DNA of 63,731 bases, counting the filler, from Octopus bimaculoides (lineage: Eukaryota): the NCBI RefSeq assembly GCF_001194135.2. It is 5 parts of 5 records of this genome, joined end to end, with 100 filler letters (N's around TTAATTAATTAA, not from the genome) between each part and the next. Parts side by side here need not be neighbours in the genome. Positions count along the whole stretch, not along the records: positions 12,681 to 33,335 come from NC_068998.1; positions 33,436 to 52,052 come from NC_068986.1; 3 more parts are not named here. One strand, written 5' to 3'. Under the pieces are notes generated by a model, which searched no databases, was not told the DNA's origin, and worked only from the letters and a program-made list of their open reading frames with translations. The position numbers and the translations under genes are program-made. Below, piece by piece: positions 23,066 through 35,496 of this stretch. Every line of letters begins with the position of its first letter. The first letter of the stretch is position 1.

Positions 23066-23582
23066 TGTAGTGTTTTTGGTACCGAAAGACTTTCAAACTT
23101 CGTATACTTATCTATTTTGTGTTATAGAACAGAAAAATATTTTTGTATTCGAATTTATTTCATGTAAAAAATTGTCTTATTTCGATAATTTCAACCAATC
23201 ACTGACAAGTATTCAGTTGTTTATATATACTCCTTTGGCTGTTTAAGCGGTGTAAAGCGTATTTAATTTCCATAGCTTCGTTTTGCTTTTTTCTTTTTAA
23301 ATTTGCTGTTTTACCCTAACCCTAACCCTATCACCGATAGAATTGTTTCAGAATCGTTTGTTTATGTAGTCGGCACTTAATGTATATCGGCTGAATGGAC
23401 GTCAGTGACTGGTTGAAATTATAGAAATACGACAACTTTAACATGAAATAATTTGGGGATTTCTTTTTTTTTTTAAGAAGACTAAGAGAAAAAGATGTTT
23501 TATATGACACATTCTACCAGTGTTCCAAGTTTCAAAGTGTTTCGTTAATGAAAAATGTGGCCCCCGTTTTAAAAAAAGATCC
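23066..23582. mobile_element. Second, inverted and truncated copy of the 20121-20950 MITE
   Basis: Reverse-complement match to both halves of copy 1; ends CCCCCGTTTTAAAAAAAGATCC; internal CCCTAACCCTAACCCTA. Confidence 0.85.
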
Positions 23583-25734
23583 CAACAAGAGTCAGAAAGT
23601 GGTTGGTGGGAATTTGTACTGGCAATACACATGCAATGGTGGCAACGAATGCCTGTTAGTAAGGACAGGGACATGGCTGGATGGAACCACCTTTCCTCTT
23701 ATGACTATATTGTTATTTAATGTGTCCTTCGTTTTTAAAACGTTAGAGCATAGCATGAGGGAGATTTGGCTGTTATTTCTAGCAAATTGAACAACCACCC
23801 ATTGGTTCATTTGCTGATGTGTATAAGTAAACAAAAACTAAAGGAAATGGGTCTTCACATGTTTCTAGGATGATTATTCCAGTTGTATGGTCAACTGAAC
23901 TGGTTACACATTCAACTGGTATTTATTTTATCAACCCTGAAAGGCAAAGTCAGCATAAGTGAAATTTGAACTCAGAATGTAAAGCATTTTGCCTAGATAA
24001 GAACTTCAATGGCCCAAGAGAGGCTCCTTGGACGAGCCACAATTTCCATAGAACATGAAATTTGTTGAAAAATTCTACTCCAAGAGCTTGTAAAAAATTT
24101 TTCAAGACAGAAAGCTCGCTAAATTAGCTTCTAAGTACCAAGAGTAAAAAACAGTATTTAAATATTTCAACAACCAATAATAAAAAAAAAAACATCTTTG
24201 AGTTAAATCAAATCAAAGACAAGAGCTTGATGAACTGCTGTTTGTTTACCATATTTGCTCGCATCCAATTAGAAAATATTAAATTTTCAATACATCATGT
24301 TTATTANNNNNNNNNNNNNNNNNNNNNNNNNNNNNNNNNNNNNNNNNNNNNNNNNNNNNNNNNNNNNNNNNNNNNNNNNNNNNNNNNNNNNNNNNNNNNN
24401 NNNNNNNNNNNNNNNNNNNNNNNNNNNNNNNNNNNNNNNNNNNNNNNNNNNNNNNNNNNNNNNNNNNNNNNNNNNNNNNNNNNNNNNNNNNNNNNNNNNN
24501 NNNNNNNNNNNNNNNNNNNNNNNNNNNNNNNNNNNNNNNNNNNNNNNNNNNNNNNNNNNNNNNNNNNNNNNNNNNNNNNNNNNNNNNNNNNNNNNNNNNN
24601 NNNNNNNNNNNNNNNNNNNNNNNNNNNNNNNNNNNNNNNNNNNNNNNNNNNNNNNNNNNNNNNNNNNNNNNNNNNNNNNNNNNNNNNNNNNNNNNNNNNN
24701 NNNNNNNATATATGCCTGATACGTGGGTAGGTATACAGCTGTGTATGTGTGTGTGAAAGAAAGAAAGAGAAAGAGGGAGGGAGGGAGGGGGAGAGAGAGA
24801 GGAAGAAAGAAAGAAACGACATTGGCCTGCGTGAAGACGAGAGTTACGTCCCTTTGATATGGTACTACCTCTGAAAGTTTTCAAAAGTTGTGTCCCTTTG
24901 AATCCAAAGTCGATATCCCTGTAAAGGAAAGAGAAAGAGGGAAAGAATTGATCAATTTCTGTCGCTATACAACGGGGATTCAGGTATTCGACCAGTTGAA
25001 TTACGAATAGCCAGCTCGTTGAATTAATAGGAAAGTGGCTGAACATTCTCCTGATACGGATACTCCGGGTGCCATTAACATAATTCTAAGACAGAATCAG
25101 TGTGACAGAGTACAAGTTATACTCTTGTACTCTTTGAATTCCAGGTATGTAGTGACGTGAAATTATGCAAGTACATTAAGGAAGTACAATCTACGCATGC
25201 GCAAGGGACTTGCCTTCCCGGAAGTCCCTCGAGTACGCATGTGTAGTAAAACCAGTACTTAAAGAGTTTCTTTCACTTTCTAACCCTCTTAGCGCGATGC
25301 CTTCGATCTAATAACTTGCTCTTGAGCGCAATACCTTCGACGTGACAGCTACTTGCTCCTTTGGCATGCATCAACGAAGCTCTTAACCTTCCAATGCCGA
25401 TCACAAGTTAACTAGCAGCTGCTAAGCTGAATGGCACAGGATTTGTAAAACCAAGCATCACCAAAAATAAAACTTATTTTTATTATGTTGGTAATTGTTC
25501 TATTGTTTCTTAATATATAATTTTGTTGAAAGGTGATAGAGAGAGACTAATGTCTCTATTGCAACTATCAACCTTTTACAGGTACAATCCATATCATGCT
25601 CACACAATTTCATTCGGCTGACGCTTTTGAAAATCACATTTGCCCAAAATGCTATGCACTCGTATTGAACAATATGGTTATGTCAATACACCACGTATTT
25701 ACGTGTATATATGTTGTTTATTCATTTTTTTTTT

Positions 25735-26063
25735 ACTTATTTCAGTCATCTGACTGCTGCCATGCTGGGACACCACCTTGAAGAATTTTTAGTCGAATGG
25801 ATCTACTTATTTCTTTTTAAGTCTGGTACTCAGTTTATCTGGGGTTTTTTTTGTCAAACCGCTAAGTAACGGGATCGTAAACACACCAACAGCAATTGTC
25901 AAGTGGTGGTGATGGGCAAACACAACACACACACATACGTACGTACGACAGGCTTCTTTCAGTTTCCATCTACGAAATCCACTCGCAAGGATTTGGTCGG
26001 CCCGAGGCTATAGCAGAAGATATGTGGTTGGAAAGCAAACTTCTTACCACACAGGCACGCCTA
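25735..26063 (-). mobile_element. SINE family A, diverged
   Basis: Tail, central region and partial head homologous to 92-461. Confidence 0.75.
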
Positions 26064-26811
26064 TAAGAGAGAGACGAGCGAGACCCGTGAATATTTCATG
26101 AAATTAATGGTAAACCTATTTGGGTTATTTCTGGTCGATTTTGCCTTTCAGCCTTTCGCGGTCGATAAAAGAAAGTAATAGTCAAATACTAGAGTCAATA
26201 TAATCAACTAACCGCCTTCCTTAAGTGCTGGTTTTGAGTCACAGTTTAAAACCATTATTATTAAAAGGGAAATTAAATACCTGAGTATATGAATTAGATC
26301 AAATCTTACTGGAAATAGAAACGTCTATGCTTCAGATCTGCGAAATTCTTCTCATTCTGCCATGCTACTTCATTCAAAACAATATGCACAACCATTCTTA
26401 CTAGAAATTACACTTCTCGTTATTTCAATTTCCAACCTAGTAGCATTTTATTTATTTTCTGTGGTTTCAGTCATTGGACTCTGGCCGTGCTAAAATACCA
26501 TCACAAGGCTTTTTTTGTTCTTTTCATTTTATAAGTAAAAATTAATCATTGTTGCAAGGGGAGATGTTTTTAATGTACCAGATTCTCAATCGATACTGAT
26601 AAACACTCACCAAACACACAACAGTAGATTCCAACCAAATGGATCTCAAACTATAATAAAAATCTTCCTCACAGATATTCCGATTGAATAAACAGGATAT
26701 ACACATGGAGTTCTAAACACTTGTTATTTGTCCTGCCGAGCAATTTAAATCTGTCTGTCTGTATGTATGAATACAGGTATATAGGTAGGCAGGTATTATT
26801 AGTGAGGGCAT

Positions 26812-27030
26812 ATAGCTCAGTGGTTAGTGTATTGCATTCGATCCCGAGACTGTGATTTCAATTCCTGAATCAGATGATGCGTTGTGTACTTGAACAAAAC
26901 ACTTCATCTCACGTAGCTCTGCGATCACTTCGACACCAGTTGTGGTACACCGTGCACCTGTTTGGGTTACGTCAATTTTATGGAGGGAGTGAGCAAATGC
27001 ATACCGCACATACATTCGATCACTATTAAC
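26812..27030 (+). mobile_element. SINE family B2, diverged
   Basis: GGGCATATAGCTCAGTGGTTAG...CTTGAACAAAACACTTCATCTCACG. Confidence 0.6.
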
Positions 27031-27570
27031 AAATCATTTGTGCAAGTCGTTCAGGAGATTCCATCATACGGAGGGGAATATATTGAATAAAATCATAACT
27101 AACTGATCCTCCTGTATTTTTTTTTTTTTTACCCAAAGCCAGTAACTTTTCAGCACCCTCTTGTACATTAGACCAAATGTTTAGTGGAATTTCTTCTGGC
27201 TCTTTGCATTCCAAGTTCAAATGCCAATGATGTCAGTTTTGCCTTTCATCACTTCAAGGTTGATAAAAAAATTTAAAAAGTACCAGCTGACCACTGGGAG
27301 TGGGGTTCAATATAATTGACTTCCTCTTCCCCTCAAAAATCACTTGTCTTGTGCCAAAAATTTAAAAGAATCATATATTCCATCTGGCAAATAAACTCCA
27401 AGTAAAAATCATAAACGAAAGCAACATTTAGCATTTATCTTTTCTGCTATTATCTAAACATCACAACTACAGCATAGAACTGTTTCAATGCAAGTTTTGG
27501 AAAGTATTTCTTCATATAGACTTATCATATTAATATTATTAATCTGTTGTAGCAACATTTATATTTCTAG

Positions 27571-27936
27571 TTTTTTTGTTGTTGGCACTCCGTCGCTTAC
27601 GACGTCGAGGGTTCCAGTTGATCCGATCAACGGAACAGCCTGCTCGTGAAATTAACGTGCAAGTGGCTGAGCACTCCACAGACACGTGTACCCTTAACGT
27701 AGTTCCCAGGGATATTCAGTGTGACAAGGCCGACCCTTTGAATTACAGGCACAACAGAAACAGGAAGTAAGAGTGAGAGAAAGTTGTGGTGGAAGAGTAC
27801 AGCAGGGTTCGCCACCATCCCCTGCCGGAGCCTCGTGGACGTTTTAGGTGTTTTCGCTCAATAAACACTCACAACGCCCGGTCTGGGAATCGAAACCGCG
27901 AGTCCGCTGCCCTAACCACTGGGCCATTGCGCCTCC
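27571..27936 (-). mobile_element. SINE family B (OR-type), complete with TSD
   Basis: Perfect 10-bp TSD ATATTTCTAG at 27561-27570 and 27937-27946; (AAC)n/A tail. 14-nt deletion in the tRNA-like head between two TCGCGGT repeats. Confidence 0.9.
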
Positions 27937-28479
27937 ATATTTCTAGTAATAAAGGAATGAAAGAATTTTCATTATTTTTCAATATCATAAACTCTTCATT
28001 ACTACTTCAGTTTCTTTATTTCTTTTATTATCTTATCGTTGGCAAAACTGGAACACATAAATGCTAAGTCATTTTCTTTGAATTAATAAATAGATTATCA
28101 TTATCATTATCATCATCAAATTACACCCGTTTTTCTCTACTGGTATTGGACGGGCATAGCATCATTTTTACCACAATGTTGATCCTACATTCTGAAGTCA
28201 GAACTCACCACTTCTATGTGTTTCCCTCTTCTGCAAATTTCTTCCACTTGGATTATTTGTTAGATCCGATATACAGTTTATGGTTTTCTTTGTTGTCTAT
28301 TTTCTTTCTTTTCTTTTAATGGTCTCAGTCATTAGACTGTGGCAATGCTGGAGCACCATCTTAAAATGATCAACCACATCATCTGGTCTGATGCTTATCG
28401 CATCAATCTCATAACAAACGAAATGTGAAGGAGACGCTTGTTTGAAGGGAGATAACTTAGTAGGACGTAAATATTGATT

Positions 28480-28625
28480 TCAAATTTTGGCACAAGGCCA
28501 GCAAGTTCTGGGCTGGGGATAAATCGATTATATCGACCCCAGTATTCAACTGGTACTTATTATTTTATCGACCTCGAAAGGATGAAAGTCAAAGTCGATC
28601 TCAGCGGAATTTAAACTCAGAACTG
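28480..28625 (-). mobile_element. SINE family C, 3' part
   Basis: GGCACAAGGCC...AACTGGTACTTA...GAAAGGATGAAAGTCAAAGTCGATCTCAGCGGAATTT. Confidence 0.7.
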
Positions 28626-28915
28626 CCACCCTCCCCAAATTTTGGAACCAGATTATTGGGAAGCCATGTCTTTGTTCTGTGTGTGCATGATGGTTGCAGG
28701 AGTCACTATCATGTGAGTTGTGTCATTCATTTCTAGTCTTCTGTGAAAAAATGTTTAGCTGAGGGGAAATATTTTTTTCTAGGCACAAGGCCCGAAATTT
28801 GGTAGATGGAAACAGAAAGAAATCTGTTGTATGTGTGAGAGGGAGGGAGGAGAGAGAGAGAGATTGAAAGAGCATTTCAAAGAGACGTGATATATTTTAA
28901 CCTTTTATCATTTAC

Positions 28916-29241
28916 TGGCACTCCATCGGTTACGACTATGAAGGTTCCAGTTGATCCAATTAATGGAAGAGCTTGCTCGTGAAATTAACGTATAAGTAGC
29001 TGAGCACTCCACAGACACACGTACCCTTAATGTAGTTTTCAGGGAGATTTTAACAGGACACAGGAGGTGACAAAGCTGGTCCTTTTGAAATATAGGTACT
29101 ACCCATTTTTGCCAATTGAGTGGCCTGGAGCAACATGAAATAAAGTGTTTTACTCAAGGAAACAACATGTCACCAGGAATTGAACTCATGACCTTACAAT
29201 CACAAGCTGAATACCCTAACCACTAAGCCATGAACCTGCAC
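28916..29241 (-). mobile_element. SINE family B2, full length (B-type 3' tail, different 5' half)
   Basis: 28916-29090 matches the family B tail; 29100-29241 matches the B2 head. Confidence 0.75.
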
Positions 29242-30171
29242 CCTTTAGCATTTAAACTGGCCATATCCGGCCAAAATATTATACTTCTTTTATGTTCAAG
29301 CTGGATGTATCTGGCTTCTCACACCCACCCTGCAATGTCATCCTAAAAATATAGAATTACATCATTGAAATCTCAGGGCTACAAGATAATACATTATTAA
29401 TTCAAAAATGTGAATAAATATGCATTGAATTTGATAGAATACTTTGAATGCTAACGGGTTAAATATATAATTAAGAAATATTAATAACTTTACATAGTTA
29501 TGTCAATTAGTTGCCCAGAAGCACAATTTTCAATATTTTCAGTTACAATTATGCAATCTGAAGTAGTCTAATGGAAAAGTCATTAAGATGCCAAGCTTAT
29601 ATATCGTTTTTAGGTTTGTTTCCGAGGTATGGTTGTCTTATTGAGAACTTTGGGTTGCAACATGCTGCCAAGAGTTCAACAAAGGTCACAGCATGTTGAC
29701 TCCACCAAACATGGTCTGATGCGGAGGCTATGAATTTGAGCATGAGATCACTGATATATTATATATATACATATATATATATCCATCATCATCATTTCAC
29801 ATCCTCCTTCTATGCTGAATAACAACATCATGCTCTAATGTTTCAGTTCTGTATAGTTTCTACAATCAAATGCCAGATGCCCTTCCTAATGCCATCCAAT
29901 TTAGAGTGTACCGAGTAACTTTTTCCATGGCACCACCACTAGTGATGTCACCATGTAATGAACAACGTATAAAAAAAAAACTCATCACTCCTCCTTTTAG
30001 GGGCAGGACAAGATTTTCCACATACATCCACAGCACTTCTCTTAGATTTCACAACAGATATTAACAACATCTTGAGTTGGATGGGTTTTTTTTCTATTTT
30101 TTACTTGTTTCAGTCATTATACTACGGCCATGCTGGGGCACAGCCTTGAAGAATTTTAGTCAAATTTATTG

Positions 30172-30285
30172 CAGTTGTCCTTCAGTTTTTCTAAGCCCTG
30201 TAAAAGAACTCAGGTGGTTGGGATTCCAGCCAGGCCTTGTGCAATACCCTTAAAGCAAGGAACTTTTCAACACCCTCTTGGGTGT
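30172..30285 (-). mobile_element. Mariner-derived MITE fragment
   Basis: Minus strand GAGGGTGTTGAAAAGTTCCTTGCTTT (mariner-type TIR) followed by a LEKLKD-like transposase 3' remnant; a related lone TIR lies at ~27130-27165. Confidence 0.55.
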
Positions 30286-31970
30286 ATAAATATATAATCT
30301 AAGGTCCTGGTAGGATGCAATCAACCCAAGTTCTTCAGGTGTAGAAAATCCTGGTTTCACGTTAGTAAAATCATTGTGTGGATTTAGCGAAGAGTAAAAT
30401 ACAATCTAAATAATAAGAAAAAAAGAATTTGACCACACCTTTAAGTAAAGATGTGTTAAAGTAGGATATGGTAGTGTTTCACAACATTGGGTGATGTTGC
30501 AGTATTGGTGCGTCTTGTATATAATGGTACACTGTGTTGTAAGCTGGCATAAGATAGTGTCTAAGTGTTGTACTGTAAGGTTAAAGGATTCCGTTACATA
30601 ATCCTAGAAGGAACACTCATAAACATTGCAGAATGGTGAAGTTGAGGAGACTCATGTCCAGCTTGCACTTCTGCAAATTGATGATGTCTAAAGGGAAAAT
30701 ACAGACAGTGGAGGAAGGATTGCGAAAACTGATTAGTGTGGACTTAGCGTGATGAAAGGTGGTGCACCCAGTGGCTGTGTGAAGGAAGGTGAGCAGACAG
30801 CCTGCTAGTTTAAAGGGCATATGCCACAGGTAGAAGAGACGTGCCAGTTGGCTAATCATCATTAAGTGTCTTGTTCCTGGAGACATACAGAGCCCCAAGC
30901 TGGTCATGAACTACAAACCTTTATTTCTGAACTAGGTGTACTATATACACACACATCAAGGAATAAGACACCCAATGATAATTAGAACTGGATAATAAGG
31001 TAGTTATATGTAAATTCTAAATATGCTAACTATAATTTCATTGAGTCTTTGGTAACCCATGTTGCTTAAATAATTTCTGGATTTAAAACAAGGAGTCGTT
31101 TTAGTGAAATTATAATTTCAAATACAAATGACATTTATTACGTGCTTTCTCAACTCATCGTCCTCAAACATTTTTTATGGCTTAATATCTTTCCTAATAT
31201 TATTAACCACTCAAGTATTTAAGTTTGTGTGCTTTGTTTCAATTAAATAAATCAATGCATCTTTGTTCGATAAACACTAAAAGCCGCGTTACTTCAACAA
31301 GAGGAAAGTGCTGAAATTTATAGTAATTTGTCAAATATTAAGATAAAATCTATACACACATTTTAAAAAGCATTAGATTAAAACAACGATGTATACACAA
31401 ACGCAGAACAGTAGTAGCTGTAATATTTTTGTCTCAGAGAAACTTCTCGTAAGAGAATTGGTGTATTAAAAACGCAGAACTCGCTCAGAACGTAGTCAAC
31501 TTATCGCCAAACACCGGTGTTTCTTCTAACTCTAATTGCTCAAAATATAAAGGAGGCTACGACTTTACTTTGGTTTTTGTAATATTATTATTATTATTAT
31601 CAAATATACAGAAAGTGGACAGTGACTATAACCTTCTCAGACACTGGATTATTGTTAAATGAGTGAAGTTACTGCGGTTAATATTTACAAACTGATCGCG
31701 GCACGACTGGCTAGCTAACAGTGTTTTCGACAAGTAGCACTTCACGCTTGAGAGGTGTTAGGAAAGATATTAAATTACAAAACATTGTCTAGTTATAACA
31801 TAAAATGAGTAATTTTATGACAGGGAAAAAAACGAAAAAAAAATTAGAATTTCAATATAGTTTCATAACTTCAAACATTTAATTAAAACTGTAAAGAGAA
31901 TAGATTCGTGTTATGAGTTTGTGTATGTGTAATTATTTCTTATTACAAACAGATAAGAAGAAAAGGAATC

Positions 31971-31976
31971 TTTATT
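31971..31976 (-). terminator. Candidate polyadenylation signal for glutaredoxin-3
   Basis: AATAAA on the minus strand 48 nt after the stop codon, followed by a U-rich stretch. Confidence 0.5.
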
Positions 31977-32023
31977 GATCAATACATAGATCATTTGTGT
32001 CACCTTAAATAGGATTAATTATT

Positions 32024-33004
32024 TTATGAAGTTCCTTTTAAGGTATCAACTAGTTGATTGTTTTCTTTAAGTTCTTTAATAATGTCAAGTCCACCTACCA
32101 GTTCACCATTCACATACAACTGGGGGTATGTAGGCCAGTCGGAATAGGTTTTCAACCCTTGCCTCACACTTTCATCCTGAAGAATATCAAACGTTTCGTA
32201 AGTGACGCCAGTTTCTTCCAAAATACCAATAGTAGTTTTACTGAATCCACAACGTGGTGTATCGGGGGAACCTTTCATAAACAGCATAACACTTGCTTTG
32301 TTGATGAGGGTTTTCAATTTAGCATTCAAATCTTCTTTCTGGGGCAACATCTTTTGAAGCTCGTTCGATTCTGACAATTCTTTGACTATATCCAATCCAC
32401 CGATAAGTTCCCCTTTGTGATATAACTGAGGATAAGTAGGCCAGTCGGAGAATTTCTTCAATCCCTGGCGCACATTTTCATCGCTGAGTATGTTAAAATG
32501 AGAATAGTCGATATTGTGCTCATTCAGGATACCGATGATGGTACGACTGAAACCACATCTAGGTTCATCGGGAGTACCCTTCATGAAAAGCATGACAGGA
32601 GCTTGGTTAACGAGCGCTTGTAGTTTCACATTTATGTCTTCTTCGCTCTCTTCAGCTGGTATCGAAACTGTAGCTTCGACGAGATTCTTGACTTTTTTAC
32701 ATAGTTCCAAGGCATCGACACCTTCCAGAGTATCGATCCGTGATTTATTTTTGAAAAAGATAAACACAGGAACGTTAGCTACTTGATACTTCTTTGTCAA
32801 TTCAACAAGATCTTCAGCCTCCACCAAAAGGAACCGTACGTTTACATAATGAGGGTCTTTTGCCAGTTCACGCAATACATCATTCATTTGCTCACATTCT
32901 CCCGACCATTTAGCAGAGAAATGTAAAACAACAAGGTTCGATCTCGCCTCAGTAAGGATTGTATTCAGTCTGTCCACGCTGGTAACTTCCTCAACCTGCG
33001 CCAT
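32024..33004 (-). CDS. GLRX3: Glutaredoxin-3 (PICOT), 326 aa, single coding exon
   Basis: Uninterrupted ORF with an N-terminal thioredoxin-like domain (WSGEC at the WAPQC-type site) and two monothiol glutaredoxin domains, each with FMKG.P..PRCGFS, SDWPTYPQLY and GELxGGLDI. Good start context CAAAATGG. Confidence 0.97.
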   Translation of the reverse strand: MAQVEEVTSVDRLNTILTEARSNLVVLHFSAKWSGECEQMNDVLRELAKDPHYVNVRFLLVEAEDLVELTKKYQVANVPVFIFFKNKSRIDTLEGVDALELCKKVKNLVEATVSIPAEESEEDINVKLQALVNQAPVMLFMKGTPDEPRCGFSRTIIGILNEHNIDYSHFNILSDENVRQGLKKFSDWPTYPQLYHKGELIGGLDIVKELSESNELQKMLPQKEDLNAKLKTLINKASVMLFMKGSPDTPRCGFSKTTIGILEETGVTYETFDILQDESVRQGLKTYSDWPTYPQLYVNGELVGGLDIIKELKENNQLVDTLKGTS

Positions 33005-33257
33005 TTTGCTGTAACATGCGGTGTGATGTCAACCTGTTCGTTTTATTAAACGGCTATTCTGACTAAACCGATCTTCTTCAGAATAGAGAGTTAGACTACT
33101 GAAAATATCCCGACTTCAAATAATTGAAAATTAATGAAAATAAATACATACACACACACAAAATGTTTACGTACATATATGTGTATATCGTGCATCTTCC
33201 GTCTTACATTTATCATATAAATAAATAAATAAATATATATATATATATATATATATA

Positions 33258-33335
33258 TTACTCTTTTACTTGTTTCAGTCATTTGACTGTGACCATGCTG
33301 GAGCACCGCCTTTAGTCGAACAAATCGACCCCAGG
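33258..33335 (-). mobile_element. SINE family A, 3' end (truncated by linker)
   Basis: TTACTCTTTTACTTGTTTCAGTCATTTGACTG...GACCCCAGG. Confidence 0.75.
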
Positions 33336-33435
33336 NNNNNNNNNNNNNNNNNNNNNNNNNNNNNNNNNNNNNNNNNNNNTTAATTAATTAANNNNNNNNN
33401 NNNNNNNNNNNNNNNNNNNNNNNNNNNNNNNNNNN
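33336..33435. other. Artificial scaffold linker
   Basis: N44-TTAATTAATTAA (33380-33391)-N44. Confidence 0.95.
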
Positions 33436-33518
33436 GGCTGTTTCACTGCATGTTTGAAAATCGTTACGAGTGTAGAGAAGACTCTGTCACAGATGGATAA
33501 AAAAAGTGTCCAATAAAT

Positions 33519-33589
<71 letters not shown>
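33519..33589. repeat. (GTA)n microsatellite
   Basis: Pure trinucleotide run. Confidence 0.95.
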
Positions 33590-34864
33590 CACAACAGCAG
33601 CAGCGGTAATTGGGGCCGCTTCTTGGTGCTGTTGATGTCGGTTAACTCTTGTAGGTCATGCGCGATCTGATATAAAACAGACGTAGACATTTACGGTGAG
33701 GTACATCCGCTTGATATTTATCAGACATATTGGATTTTTGTACTGCGTTATCCCTAACTTGTAAACGTTTGTCGAAAGGGCAATTGTTCTTCACCACATA
33801 ACGAGAATCAGTTTTATCTCAGAACACTCACACAAAAAGTCATTAATAAAAATTTTGAATGATTTTCAAGTAATGGAAAACAATAAAAATAGTAACAGCG
33901 TGTTGATTTAATGTTATAATGTTTTGGTATGATTGTTTCGATAATTCTAGTTATTATTATAAAATTGGAGGGAAAAAATCACCGAAAGAATGTGTACAGT
34001 ATCCACCTAGTTGTCTAAAAGATGTGTAATTTCGACATAAGTATAGAACGCTTTGTCTTATTATTATTATTTGTTCAGAGATATGCACTAAAATAATTAT
34101 AATACGCAGTCGAGCATAAAGAAAGAGATATATTGCATCAGAAAGAAAAAAAATATACACGAATAAAGAACTAACAGGCAAAAATAATAAAAAAAAGATA
34201 AGATCTTGATAAATAAGAGAAAGGAAGTAGTTAATAAGAAAACGAAACGGTGAGCACATATAATGACTCATCTAATTTCGTATAATTCCATTTTAGAGTA
34301 ACGTACGTCAGTGGAAAAACCAAGACAGCTTAGGTTAATTATGATCTATTGCCGCCGACCGACTGGTTACGACTAATTTTACATAATTTCTGGAGAATAA
34401 AGATAGATATTATAGTTAAACACAGACACGGTAACACCCGCACATACGCGCACACACACCCACATACACGCATACACACACACACACACACACACATACA
34501 CACACACACACACACACACAAACAAGTACATATGTGTCTGTATGTAATGTGTATGCGTGCATAACTGTAGCATGTGTCCATCCCTCTGACTCTCTCTGTC
34601 TCTATTTATCTCTGTCTGTCTGTCTCTCTCTGCACACACATACACACACATATACATATACGCATAGATACACACACACATATACATACTTACACAGATA
34701 TGTATGCATATAAGATNNNNNNNNNNNNNNNNNNNNNNNNNNNNNNNNNNNNNNNNNNNNNNNNNNNNNNNNNNNNNNNNNNNNNNNNNNNNNNNNNNNN
34801 NNNNNNNNNNNNNNNNNNNNNNNNNNNNNNNNNNNNNNNNNNNNNNNNNNNNNNNNNNNNNNNN

Positions 34865-34903
<39 letters not shown>

Positions 34904-35240
34904 ACGTATGTGTGTATAAATGTATAAGAATATGTCTTTATCATACCAATTGAATTGCGTCTATATAATCAAGTATCAAGACAGTAATATCCGACGCTGT
35001 GCTCTATCTGTGCCCACCTAACCATCTCTAGCATCACTTGTCGAACACTTTAATTACTTCTGCACACGTCTTGATGTCGTGCACGCCATGTGTGACTACT
35101 ATAAAAGATAGCAAACGTATTTCGTGTTCCCAGTCATGCTGATAGAGTTGCCCGAGTGGTTTTATTTCATTTGTATGCTAGAAGTCTACGTGAACGGTAA
35201 TGTTTCTGGCTGGGACCAGATATATTATAGAACCTTAGTA

Positions 35241-35468
35241 TTGGGTTGCCCGGAAAGTTCGTGCCGATTTTTAAAGGAAATAAAAACGTCAATAGATACT
35301 TGCCATTATATTTTTGATCAACCAAATATGAAACATTTTATTGCACAATGCGTCTCCATCGTTCCTTTAACTTAAAAATACCCTCTTCCCACAATTGAGG
35401 TGGTTTCATGGCAAATAATTCGAAAGGTAAGCTATTAGAAATCGGCACGAACTTTGCGGAAAACCCAA
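35241..35468. mobile_element. Mariner-derived MITE, 228 bp
   Basis: TIRs TTGGGTTGCCCGGAAAGTTCGTGCCGATTT and AAATCGGCACGAACTTTGCGGAAAACCCAA, with TA on both sides. Interior resembles a mariner transposase C-terminus on the minus strand (GIFKLKERWRRIV). Confidence 0.85.
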
Positions 35469-35496
35469 TAGTTTTCCCTATTCTTTTCTTAATATA

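Noticed and set aside
23310-23330. CCCTAA repeats as interstitial telomere
   Set aside because: Fewer than three units and internal to a MITE.
30300-30910. Coding-like, moderately GC-rich block including the 96-aa minus ORF
   Set aside because: No recognisable motif in any frame and several stops. Possibly an old TE, but cannot be supported without a search.
32054-32786. Plus-strand ORFs opposite GLRX3
   Set aside because: Antisense shadows of the real CDS.
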